From Acidimicrobiales bacterium (GTDB lineage: Bacteria > Actinomycetota > Acidimicrobiia > Acidimicrobiales > SHLQ01): 64,000 bases of DNA. The notes under the pieces are model-generated. The model saw only the letters and a program-made list of their open reading frames with translations. It was not told where the DNA came from and ran no database searches. The stretch is from NCBI GenBank assembly GCA_965216815.1, contig OZ244202.1:1297762-1361761 (forward strand), given 5' to 3'. Positions within the stretch are counted from its first letter, which is position 1. Each line of letters begins with the position of its first letter. Positions 30,571-39,198 of the stretch are shown here, piece after piece. Position numbers and translations under genes: made by a program.

Positions 30571-31024
30571 CTACGACCCCAGGCCCACATCGGCGATAGC
30601 TATGAAGCCGTTGTTGAACGCGTCGATGTCCTCGGGGACGTCGGTGACGGTCGAGGTGCAATCGGCGGGCCCGTAGGGTCGTCCGTTGAAGGCGGTGGCT
30701 GTCACGGTCTCGACTGTGCCCCGGATCTCGGATGGTGGCGCACACGTTGGAATGTTGATGTTGGCCACGACCTGGTCCGCCAGCCCGAGACGCCAATCGT
30801 CGAGCCAGTCGAGCGTTGCGTCGACTCCCGACTCATAGTCGGGTTCGACCCCGGTCTGGATGCCTTGACTCGTTGCCACCGCAGGAATGAAGTGTCGCCC
30901 ACCGGTTCGGGCCGCACCGACCGTGCCCGACAGCGCGATGACCGGGCCCCATGTTCTGTCCCTCGTTGATGCCGGACACGACGAGGTCGGGGTTCTCACC
31001 CATCACGTTGATCGCGTGCAGCAC
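30571..31024 (-). pseudogene. surE: surE (5'/3'-nucleotidase) remnant, frameshifted and N-terminally truncated
   Basis: PDLVVSGINEGQNMGP in one frame (30833-31024). It continues as SGTVGAAR...IPAVATS...VANINIP...GFIAIADVG in another frame (30571-30999). The N-terminal NDDG region is absent. Confidence 0.6.
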
Positions 31025-31204
31025 CTAGTCTGCGGGGAATCAGCAGCCGGACGACGACGAGAGCGAGCAAGGTCGCAACCAGTACGAGTCGCCGCCTACG
31101 GATGGTTTCGGATGTGCTGAACATGATCCCCCTCGAAACGCGGAAAGCTATCGAAGTTGCCGTGAGTTGTCGACATGCTGCGTTGCATCTGGCGTCCAGG
31201 GGAG

Positions 31205-32674
31205 TCACGTCCCACAGAACGTTCGGTAGCCGCGGTCGAACTCCTTGGGTGCTGGTCGTTCGTACCGCTCGCCGCCCGGGCGCGGGGAATAGGGGTTGGT
31301 CAGGTGTCGACGAAGCGCCGCGAGCGGCGCCAGATCCCCGTCGGTCGCCGCATCGAGGGCTTCTTCTATGAGGTGGTTGCGAGGGATGTACAGCGGGTTC
31401 ACCCGGTCGATCTCGGCTGCCACATCGTGTCGCTCGGCCTGCTCGTCGCCCACTCGATCGAGCCAACGAGATACCCACCGCTCGGCGTCGCTGCCGGCGA
31501 GCGATGCTGTATCGCCACGCAGTATCTCGCCCAATTTGCGGAAGCTCGAGGTGTAGTCGAGGCGTTGGTCCTGCAGCAGCGCAACGAAATCGTCGCACAG
31601 CGCCGCATCGGCGTTGCCGTCGGAGCGGAGACCGAGCTTGGAGCGCATGCCCCGCAGCCAGTGCTCGCGGTAGCGGTCGGGAAACGACTCCAGAACATCG
31701 ATCGCCGCCGCCTTTGCTTTGTCGACATCGTCGTCGATGAGGGGCAACAGCGTCTCGGCGAGTCGACTCAGGTTCCACAGCGAAATGCGTGGCTGATTGC
31801 CGTACGCATAGCGTCCCGCATGGTCGATCGAGCTGTAGACGGTGCTCGGGTCGTAGCGGTCCATGAACGCGCACGGGCCGTAGTCGATTCCTTCGCCCGA
31901 GATCGTCGTGTTGTCGGTGTTCATCACGCCGTGGATGAAGCCCAGGAGCATCCAGTGAGCCACGAGCTCCGCCTGGACCTCGACCACCGATTCGAGCAGT
32001 GCGAGGTTTGGGCTCGGCGAGCCCGCGGCTGCGGGGTGGTGGCGGGCGATCGCATGGTCGGCGAGGCGCCGGAGGACGTCTTGGTCGCCGAGGCGTGCCG
32101 CGTACTCGAAGGTGCCGACGCGCAGGTGGCTCGCAGCAACGCGCACGAGCAAAGCGCCGGGGACCGCACCATCTCGCATGATGTCCTCGCCGGTCGTGAG
32201 CACCGCCAGGGCACGGGTGGTCGGAACTCCGAGTGCGTGGAGCGCTTCGGCTATGAGGAACTCGCGCAGCATCGGGCCGAGCGCAGCCTTGCCGTCGCCG
32301 CCGCGGGCGAACGGGGTGCGTCCCGAGCCCTTGAGGTGGACGTCGCGTCGGGTTCCTCCGTCGTCGAGGACCTCACCGATCAGCAGCGCTCGCCCATCGC
32401 CGAGGCGAGGTGAGTACCCACCGAATTGGTGTCCCGCGTAGGCCATGGCGACTGGCGTGATCCCGGTCGAGGCCGTGTCGCCCGTGAGCAGGGCGAGGGC
32501 ATTGCTCGACTCGAGTTCTTCCGGTTGAATGCCGAGATCGCAGGCGACTCGGTCGTCGACGACGACGATGCGTGGGTCGGCGGGTCGATCGGCCTCCCAC
32601 TCGACGCACAGCTCCGGCAACTCGCGGGCGAAGGTGTTGTCGAAGTCGAACACCGGAACTCGCACCGTCGCCAT
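31205..32674 (-). CDS. selO: protein adenylyltransferase SelO/YdiU (UPF0061)
   Basis: FDNTFARELP, AMAYAGHQFGGYSPRLGDGRALLIGEV, HLKGSG.TPF.R.GDG.A, and REFL..EA.HALG.PTTRAL. Confidence 0.9.
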   Translation of the reverse strand: MATVRVPVFDFDNTFARELPELCVEWEADRPADPRIVVVDDRVACDLGIQPEELESSNALALLTGDTASTGITPVAMAYAGHQFGGYSPRLGDGRALLIGEVLDDGGTRRDVHLKGSGRTPFARGGDGKAALGPMLREFLIAEALHALGVPTTRALAVLTTGEDIMRDGAVPGALLVRVAASHLRVGTFEYAARLGDQDVLRRLADHAIARHHPAAAGSPSPNLALLESVVEVQAELVAHWMLLGFIHGVMNTDNTTISGEGIDYGPCAFMDRYDPSTVYSSIDHAGRYAYGNQPRISLWNLSRLAETLLPLIDDDVDKAKAAAIDVLESFPDRYREHWLRGMRSKLGLRSDGNADAALCDDFVALLQDQRLDYTSSFRKLGEILRGDTASLAGSDAERWVSRWLDRVGDEQAERHDVAAEIDRVNPLYIPRNHLIEEALDAATDGDLAPLAALRRHLTNPYSPRPGGERYERPAPKEFDRGYRTFCGT

Positions 32675-32714
32675 GTGGTCTCCGACGATACCGGCCCGGC
32701 GGTTCGGAAGAGCG

Positions 32715-33587
32715 TCAGATGTCGACCGTCGGGGTGATCACACGTTCGCCGAACTCCGCGAGCGCTTTCTCGGGGTCAGCGAGGAACATGAACGCGGGCA
32801 CGGCGATCCGGTCGATTCCTCTCGCTCGCGCCTCCTCGGCACCGGCGACCGGGTCGTCGCCGTAGATGCCGGCCGCGTCGCCGCTCGTCACCTCGATCTC
32901 GTCGGGGTCTCGACCATGGCGCTCGGCTGACTCGCGCATGGTGACCAGTAGGTCGTCGAGCGATCCTGCGCCGGGGAAGAAGCCGTCGCCGAGTCGACCC
33001 GCACGCCTCGCCGCTGCGTGGGAGTGTCCGCCGACGACTATCGGGATCGACCCTTGGGCGGGCTTCGGGTTGCTCGACACGTTCTCGAAGTCGACGAACT
33101 CGCCGTGATAGTCGACGTTGTCTTCCGACCACAGGGCGCGCATTGCGGCGACGTAGTCGTCGGTTCGGGCGCCGCGTCGCTCCCATGGGATTCCCAAAGC
33201 GTGGAATTCCTCTTCTAGCCACCCGACCCCGATGCCGAGCTCGAGACGGCCGCCGGTGAACGAATCGATGGTGCCGAGGACCTTTGCGAGCACCAGAGGG
33301 TTGCGTTCGGGGAGGATGAGGATGCCGGTGGCGAGGCGGATCGTCTCGGTAGCGGCTCCCAGCCAGGTCAGCCATACGAGCGGATCGGGTAGGGGTGTGT
33401 CGGGCGTCATCGGCATCTTGCCGCTGGCGTCGTATGGGTAGGTCGACTCGTAGGACTCGGGGTAGATGACGTGTTCGACCGTCCACACCGACTCGAACCG
33501 CGCTGCTTCCGCAGCCCGACCGAGCTGTACAGCGCCTTCACCGGATGAGAACTGCATCGTGTTCGCAAAGGCGATTCCGTACTTCAT
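32715..33587 (-). CDS. luciferase-like (LLM class, probably F420-dependent) oxidoreductase
   Basis: FESVWTVEH, ILILPERNP...AK...TID..SGGRLELGIGVGW..EEF and IPIVVGGHS pattern. Confidence 0.8.
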   Translation of the reverse strand: MKYGIAFANTMQFSSGEGAVQLGRAAEAARFESVWTVEHVIYPESYESTYPYDASGKMPMTPDTPLPDPLVWLTWLGAATETIRLATGILILPERNPLVLAKVLGTIDSFTGGRLELGIGVGWLEEEFHALGIPWERRGARTDDYVAAMRALWSEDNVDYHGEFVDFENVSSNPKPAQGSIPIVVGGHSHAAARRAGRLGDGFFPGAGSLDDLLVTMRESAERHGRDPDEIEVTSGDAAGIYGDDPVAGAEEARARGIDRIAVPAFMFLADPEKALAEFGERVITPTVDI

Positions 33588-33608
33588 GCCATCGACCTCC
33601 GTCGGGCT

Positions 33609-33730
33609 CTGGGATTTCTGAACCTTCCGGTGCGGTATATGACTCCGCAGGGTTCAGAAAACACGAACTGGGGGATTTCTGAACCTTCCGGTGCGGTATA
33701 TGACTCCGCAGGGTTCAGAAAACACGAACT
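33609..33730. repeat. tandem direct repeat, 2 x ~61 bp, each unit an internal palindrome
   Basis: gggatttctgaaccttccggtgcggtatatgactccgcagggttcagaaaacacgaact occurs twice back to back (33611-33669 and 33672-33730), in the divergent LLM/acs intergenic region. Confidence 0.9.
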
Positions 33731-33866
33731 GAACCCTGAAAAGCGTTGGGGGGTTCGGTCTAGTCGACCCCGACGGGTCGAAGCGAACGAATCCGCGGCA
33801 CTAGTGTGCCCGACGGGTCCGTCGCCGGGCCCGCGAGAACTGGGACGAGACCGCAGGGGGAGACCC

Positions 33867-35858
33867 GTGAGCGAACCGACCATCGAGGACTACTACGACG
33901 AGGACCGGACCTTCCCGCCCTCGACCGAGTTCACCGCCGCGGCCCTGATCTCCGACCGCTCGCTCTACGACGAGGCCGAAGCCGACTACGAGGCGTTCTG
34001 GGCCAGCCAGGCACGCGAGCTGCTCACCTGGGACCGCGACTTCACCGAGGTTCTCGAATGGGACCTTCCGTTCGCGAAGTGGTTTGCCGACGGGCAGCTC
34101 AACGTCTCGTACAACTGCCTCGACCGCCACGTCGAGGCAGGTCGCGGCGACAAGGTCGCATTCCACTGGGAAGGTGAACCAGGCGACACCCGGTCGATCA
34201 CCTACGCCGAGCTGCTCACCGAGGTGAGCAAGTTCGCGAACGTCCTCAAAGACCTCGGCCTCGAGAAGGGCGACCGCATCGCGATCTATATGCCGATGGT
34301 CCTCGAGCTGCCCATCGCCATGCTCGCGTGTACCCGAATCGGCGTTGCGCACAGCGTCATCTTCGGCGGGTTCTCGCCCGACGCGATCACCGATCGTTGT
34401 GAGGACGCCGATGCTCGACTCATCATCACCGCCGACGCAGGATTCAGACGCGGCGCCCCCGGTCCACTCAAGCCCAACGTCGACGCCGCTCTCGCCGACG
34501 GCGCCAAGTCGGTCGAACACGTCGTGGTGGTCGACAGGTGCGACACCGACGTGGAGATGGTCGAGGGACGTGACCTCTGGTGGCACGATCTCATGGCCGA
34601 CGCCTCGCCCGATTGTCCCGCAGAGCCGATGGACGCCGAGCAGCTCCTCTACCTGCTCTACACGTCGGGAACCACTGCGAAGCCCAAGGGCATCATGCAT
34701 ACCACCGGCGGCTACCTCACCCAGGTCGCGTTCACCCACAAGTACGTTTTCGACCTGAAGCCCGAGACCGACGTGTACTGGTGTGCGGCCGACATCGGTT
34801 GGGTCACCGGGCACAGCTACATCGTCTACGGCCCACTGGCGAACGGGTGCACCGGCGTGATGTACGAGGGGACGCCCGACACCCCCAGGCCCGAGTTTCG
34901 CGACGGTGACCGCGCAGCGTGGCCCAAGGACCGTTTGTGGGACATCATCGAACGCTACGGAGTGACCCAGCTCTACACGGCCCCTACAGCGATCCGCACC
35001 TTCATGAAGTGGGGCGCCGAAGAGGTAGCGCGGCACGACCTCTCGTCGCTGCGAGTCATCGGCACGGTCGGTGAACCGATCAATCCCGAGGCGTGGATGT
35101 GGTACCACGAGCACATCGGCGGCGGATCGTGTCCGATCGTTGACACCTGGTGGCAGACCGAGACCGGTGGACACATGATCACGCCGCTTCCCGGCGTGAC
35201 GACGACCAAGCCGGGATCGGCGACCCACACCATCCCCGGCGTCTTCACTGAAGTTGTCGACGACAGCGGCAACGCGGTCGACGTCGGAGGTGGCTACCTG
35301 ACGATCACACGGCCATGGCCGTCGATGCTGCGCGGCATCTGGGGTGACCCCGAGCGCTATCGCGAGACCTACTGGTCGCGGTTCGAGGGACGCTATTTCG
35401 CCGGCGACGGCGCGAAACTCGACGACGACGGCTACCTGTGGCTGCTGGGGCGTGTGGACGATGTCATGAACATCTCCGGTCACCGCATCTCGACGGCCGA
35501 GGTCGAGTCGGCTCTCGTCGATCATCCTGCTGTTGCCGAGGCAGCGGTCGTCGGAGCGGCAGACGACACGACCGGCCAGGCGATCATCGGTTATGTGATT
35601 CTCGTCGGGGGCCATGATGCGACCGACGAACTCGGCGAAGAGGTGCGTCAGCACGTCGCGACCAGGCTGGGTCCGATCGCGCGGCCCAAGTCGGTCGTGA
35701 TCGTGCCCGACCTACCGAAGACCCGGTCGGGCAAGATCATGCGTCGGCTGCTCCAAGACGTCGCCGAGGGCCGCAACCTCGGTGACACGACCACCCTGGC
35801 CGACCCAGCGGTCGTCGCGGAGATCGCCTCACGCGCGGCCGGTTCGCCCGAGGAGTGA
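33867..35858 (+). CDS. acs: acetyl-CoA synthetase
   Basis: GTG start with GGGGGAG upstream. YTSGTTAKPKG, WCAADIGWVTGHSY and PKTRSGKIMRR. The first 79 codons of track ORF 33630-35858 cover the repeat and are discarded. Confidence 0.95.
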   Translation: MSEPTIEDYYDEDRTFPPSTEFTAAALISDRSLYDEAEADYEAFWASQARELLTWDRDFTEVLEWDLPFAKWFADGQLNVSYNCLDRHVEAGRGDKVAFHWEGEPGDTRSITYAELLTEVSKFANVLKDLGLEKGDRIAIYMPMVLELPIAMLACTRIGVAHSVIFGGFSPDAITDRCEDADARLIITADAGFRRGAPGPLKPNVDAALADGAKSVEHVVVVDRCDTDVEMVEGRDLWWHDLMADASPDCPAEPMDAEQLLYLLYTSGTTAKPKGIMHTTGGYLTQVAFTHKYVFDLKPETDVYWCAADIGWVTGHSYIVYGPLANGCTGVMYEGTPDTPRPEFRDGDRAAWPKDRLWDIIERYGVTQLYTAPTAIRTFMKWGAEEVARHDLSSLRVIGTVGEPINPEAWMWYHEHIGGGSCPIVDTWWQTETGGHMITPLPGVTTTKPGSATHTIPGVFTEVVDDSGNAVDVGGGYLTITRPWPSMLRGIWGDPERYRETYWSRFEGRYFAGDGAKLDDDGYLWLLGRVDDVMNISGHRISTAEVESALVDHPAVAEAAVVGAADDTTGQAIIGYVILVGGHDATDELGEEVRQHVATRLGPIARPKSVVIVPDLPKTRSGKIMRRLLQDVAEGRNLGDTTTLADPAVVAEIASRAAGSPEE

Positions 35859-35865
35859 GCGCCGT

Positions 35866-35918
35866 CGGAAATTGAGAGGATGAGCACCGGTATGCGCGGC
35901 TGATCCTCTCAATTTCGG
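35866..35918 (+). terminator. hairpin after acs (possible terminator or htpX regulatory site)
   Basis: 14-bp perfect stem gaaattgagaggat (35868-35881) / atcctctcaatttc (35903-35916). No T-tract. Confidence 0.35.
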
Positions 35919-35963
35919 CGCGATAGGCTGGTTTCACGGCGCTTTAGGAGGCGTCGCACAACG

Positions 35964-36833
35964 ATGAAAAACACCTTCAAGACCTTCACCCTTCTGGCCC
36001 TTCTCGGAGGGCTCTTCGTGGTCGTCGGTGGGGCGATATTCGGCCGTGGCGGCTTGGTCATCGGTCTCATCCTCGGCCTGGTCATGGTCGGCGGCTCGTA
36101 CTGGTTCTCCGACAAGCTGGCGATCAAGTCGGCACGTGCGGTGCCGGTGACGCGTGAACAGGCCCCGCAGTACTACGAGATCATGGAGGACCTGACCCGG
36201 CGCGCCGAGATGCCGATGCCGAAGCTCTACATCACGCCTGCTCAGCAGCCGAACGCCTTCGCGACCGGGAGGAATCCCGATCACGCTGCGGTCGCTGTCA
36301 CCCAGGGCTTGTTGGAGGCGATGAACTGGGACCAGGTGCGGGGAGTGCTCGCGCACGAACTGGCTCACGTCCGCAACCGAGACATTCTCATAGGTAGCGT
36401 CGCTGCCGCGGTCGGCATGGCAATAACCTTCGTGGCCCGAATGGCGATGTGGGGGGCGATGTTCGGTGGCCGTCGGCGTGACGGCAACGTGTTCGCCTCG
36501 CTCGCGTTCGCGCTGCTCGCCCCGATCGCAGCGGCGATCATTCAAGCGGCGGTGAGCCGTAGCCGTGAGTTCGAGGCCGATGCCTCGGCTGCCAGATTGT
36601 TGGGAACCGGTGAGCCGTTGGCGCAGGCCCTCGAACGCCTCGAAGTGGCGGCTGGTCGCATACCGGCCAACGTCGATCCCAACCAGGCCTCGGCCTACAT
36701 CATCGATCCGTTGAAGGCGCAGGCGCATACCCAGTCGAATGCGAGGGGCGGCGGTTTCGGGAAGATGTTCTCCACCCACCCGCCGACCGAAGAACGCATC
36801 TCACGGCTCCGCGACAACTCCTGGAGCAGCTAG
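35964..36833 (+). CDS. htpX: M48 family protease HtpX
   Basis: Two N-terminal TM helices, QPNAFATG, zinc motif HELAHV.NRD, and C-terminal [11 protein letters not shown]. Confidence 0.9.
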   Translation: MKNTFKTFTLLALLGGLFVVVGGAIFGRGGLVIGLILGLVMVGGSYWFSDKLAIKSARAVPVTREQAPQYYEIMEDLTRRAEMPMPKLYITPAQQPNAFATGRNPDHAAVAVTQGLLEAMNWDQVRGVLAHELAHVRNRDILIGSVAAAVGMAITFVARMAMWGAMFGGRRRDGNVFASLAFALLAPIAAAIIQAAVSRSREFEADASAARLLGTGEPLAQALERLEVAAGRIPANVDPNQASAYIIDPLKAQAHTQSNARGGGFGKMFSTHPPTEERISRLRDNSWSS

Positions 36834-36908
36834 CGCGCGGCGCGATCTCCTCCGACCACTTCACGTGGGCATTGTTCAGGTTGCGGCCCGGTTGGCCGAT
36901 GGGAATGG

Positions 36909-37667
36909 ATGCGCACCGTCGGCAGATTTCTGTTGATAGCCGCGATCAGCGTCGGGTGCGGGTCCGGTGACGAGACGGCAAACTACGAGGTTCCTGTCAC
37001 CCTCGAGGATCCCAACCCGCCGCCCGAACTCGCCTTTGCCGGGCTGCCCGACGATCTGACCGTCGACGAGAGCGTGTGTCCGTCGCTGAGTGAGCTCGTC
37101 GAGCCGTTACCGCTCGAGTCGACACCCGAGAGGGTCCTGGAGATCGCCGATCGTTACGAGTCCGTCGGCGAAGCCGACGAACGTCTCGAGGTCGCGGGAG
37201 CCGCTGCCGCAAATGGTCTTCGGGCAGCCGCTGCGGGCGGCGCCGACCTCGCGGCGATGTTCGCCATCTGGGACGACACGCCGACGCGCAGCGCGCTTTG
37301 GGATCTCGCCATGCTCGCATTCGACACTTGTGATGTGCCCCTTCCCGACCTGCCGCTCGGCCCGCCGGACCGGCTCGTCGACGTCGCTCAGCACCTCTTC
37401 CCCGACGCCGATCTGATCGACCCGATCAAGAGCTGGTCGATGTCTATAACCGGCGATCCACCGACCATCTACTGGAGCTATGGCTACCTCGGCGATGATC
37501 CGATCGGTACGTGTGGCCTGCTCGAGCAAACCCTGGTGGCACTCGGCTACTCGGGCACGTTCCTGACGGTCCACGACGGTGGCACTGGCGATACCGGCGA
37601 AATCATCGACCTCGCCGAGGCCAAAGCCGGCGACGGGTGTTTTCGTTCACGAACCGAAGGTTCGTGA
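36909..37667 (+). CDS. secreted protein, possible lipoprotein
   Basis: N-terminal signal-like MRTVGRFLLIAAISVGC with Cys17 (imperfect lipobox). Acidic mature part. No family recognised. Confidence 0.5.
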   Translation: MRTVGRFLLIAAISVGCGSGDETANYEVPVTLEDPNPPPELAFAGLPDDLTVDESVCPSLSELVEPLPLESTPERVLEIADRYESVGEADERLEVAGAAAANGLRAAAAGGADLAAMFAIWDDTPTRSALWDLAMLAFDTCDVPLPDLPLGPPDRLVDVAQHLFPDADLIDPIKSWSMSITGDPPTIYWSYGYLGDDPIGTCGLLEQTLVALGYSGTFLTVHDGGTGDTGEIIDLAEAKAGDGCFRSRTEGS

Positions 37668-37670
37668 ACG
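37644..37670. terminator. 12-bp stem / 3-nt loop hairpin overlapping stop codon
   Basis: cgttcacgaacc-gaa-ggttcgtgaacg, between convergent genes. No T-tract. Confidence 0.45.
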
Positions 37671-37716
37671 AGTTTCTGGATACCGCGGGGTTAGGTGCCT
37701 GACACCGATCGCCGAG

Positions 37717-38205
37717 CTACTCGCGGAAGTTCGTGTACTGGAGCGGGAGGCCGAAGTCGCCTTCCTTGAGCTTCGCGATGACCTCTTGCAAGTGGTCGCG
37801 CTTCTTGCCGCTGACTCGGAGCTGATCGCCCTGTGTGGACGACTGGACCCCCTTGAGTCCGAGCCCCTTGATGAACTTGTTGAGCTCGCGGGCCTTGTCC
37901 GACGAGATCCCTTGACTGAGCGTCACCTGCTGGCGTGCGCTCCCGCCCGAGGCTTCATCGACCGGGCCGTAGTCGAGCGCTCTGAGCGACACCTTTCGCT
38001 TGACCAGCTTCTCCTCGAGGACCGTACGCATCGCCGCCAGCCGATCTTCGGTTGCCGAGGCAAGGTCGACGACACCGTCGCCGAGCTCGATCGTGGAGTT
38101 TGTGTTCTTGAAGTCGAAGCGGTTCGCGACTTCTCGGGCGGCCTGGTCGACCGCGTTTCGGACCTCCTGGAGGTCGACTTCCGACACGACATCGAAGCTG
38201 GGCAT
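37717..38205 (-). CDS. yajQ: YajQ-family nucleotide-binding protein (UPF0234)
   Basis: MPSFDVVSEVD.QEV.NAVDQA.REV..RFDFK. Only the last 162 codons of track ORF 37717-38835 are used. Confidence 0.85.
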   Translation of the reverse strand: MPSFDVVSEVDLQEVRNAVDQAAREVANRFDFKNTNSTIELGDGVVDLASATEDRLAAMRTVLEEKLVKRKVSLRALDYGPVDEASGGSARQQVTLSQGISSDKARELNKFIKGLGLKGVQSSTQGDQLRVSGKKRDHLQEVIAKLKEGDFGLPLQYTNFRE

Positions 38206-38260
38206 GGGCGATTCTCCTTGGCGGAAACAACGAGTCGATGCCCTAAAGTATCGGGAGTCC

Positions 38261-38342
38261 GGGTCGGTGCCCGAGTGGCCAAAGGGAACGGGCTGTAAAC
38301 CCGCTGGCTTCGCCTTCGGAGGTTCGAATCCTCCCCGGCCCA
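38261..38342 (+). tRNA. tRNA-Tyr (GTA)
   Basis: Cloverleaf folded by hand: acceptor GGGTCGG/CCGGCCC, anticodon loop CTGTAAA, long variable arm, T-arm GGAGG-TTCGAAT-CCTCC. Closely resembles E. coli tRNA-Tyr as recalled. Confidence 0.88.
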
Positions 38343-38518
38343 CGGCTCCTCGGGTGACCCCCCCTAGGGTCACCCGAGGAGCTTGGAGTTTCTCGCTCCG
38401 CTCGAAACATCCCCACCTACAGGCGCAACTGGGTGTGATAGCCGTCCTCCCCGGCCCGATGGCTCCTCGGGTGACCCTCTCGGGGTCCCCCGACGAGCTT
38501 GGAGTTTCTCGCTCCGCT
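38329..38518 (+). repeat. direct duplication of tRNA-Tyr 3' end plus downstream hairpin
   Basis: tcctccccggccc...ggctcctcgggtgaccc...gagcttggagtttctcgctccgct at 38329-38402, and again (diverged hairpin) at 38445-38518. Confidence 0.75.
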
Positions 38519-38687
38519 ATCCCTGCCTTGCAGGCGGCCCGTTCTAGCGCTACGGAGGCACTTTCATCGACGGTCACGAGACGTGATGGTTGCCAAGAGC
38601 CTCCGTGGCTCGAACGGCCTTCCGGAGGGGTGACGAAAACGGCTAGAAACGGTGGATGCAGGTTCGGACGACGACGAGGGAGACAAC

Positions 38688-39191
38688 ATGGCCGACGACG
38701 AGGCGATCGAACAAGAGGCGAGAGAGACCTGGGCGCGCTATCTGGCTCAGCGACAGCTGATCGAGGCGGGTGAGGCCCAGTGGTCGTCGCTCGCTGACTT
38801 CTTCGTCGACGACGCTGTCTACTCCGATCCTGCATGGGGCCGCACCGAGGGAGCCGGCGAGATCGCTGAGTTCATGCGCGAGTCGATGTCCGCACTCGGC
38901 GACTGGCGCTTCCCCGAGGCTTGGACGATGTTCGACGGCAGACGGGTCGTGTCGGCATTCGACCAGATCTTCCCGGGTGCCGACGGCACCGAGTACCGCC
39001 AGATGGGCATCTCGGTTCTCTACTACGCCGGCGACGGCAAGTTCTGCTACCAGATGGACCTGATGAACATGGCCCACATCAACGACGACCTCGCGGCATC
39101 CGGGTGGAAGCCGACCGGCGAGCTCAACCTCCCGCCCCGAGAGCCCGATCGTGACTACTCGCTGGGTCACGTCGCCCGGTACCTCGATTGA
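38688..39191 (+). CDS. SnoaL-like / NTF2-fold family protein
   Basis: ATG 38688 with GAGGGA upstream. Size and pattern (FF.DDAVY.DP..G...G..EI..F) fit the NTF2-like fold. Weak assignment. Confidence 0.5.
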   Translation: MADDEAIEQEARETWARYLAQRQLIEAGEAQWSSLADFFVDDAVYSDPAWGRTEGAGEIAEFMRESMSALGDWRFPEAWTMFDGRRVVSAFDQIFPGADGTEYRQMGISVLYYAGDGKFCYQMDLMNMAHINDDLAASGWKPTGELNLPPREPDRDYSLGHVARYLD

Positions 39192-39198
39192 CCAGCCG

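Noticed and set aside
31175-32413. 412-aa plus-strand ORF
   Set aside because: It is antisense to selO, which has clear family motifs.
33609-33730. Possible CRISPR array
   Set aside because: There are only two directly abutting units with no spacers, and no cas genes. It is a simple tandem duplication.
33801-35654. 617-aa minus-strand ORF
   Set aside because: It is antisense to acs and its composition is low-complexity Arg/Val/Gly/Asp-rich.
38261-38518. Resident genomic island or prophage at tRNA-Tyr
   Set aside because: Only about 42 bp separate the direct repeats, and no integrase or mobility gene occurs anywhere in the window. At most it is a scar.
37717-38835. 372-aa reading of the yajQ ORF
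   Set aside because: The upstream 210 codons run through tRNA-Tyr and its duplicated 3' region and are Arg/Pro-rich. Only the last 162 codons (MPSFDVV...) match YajQ.
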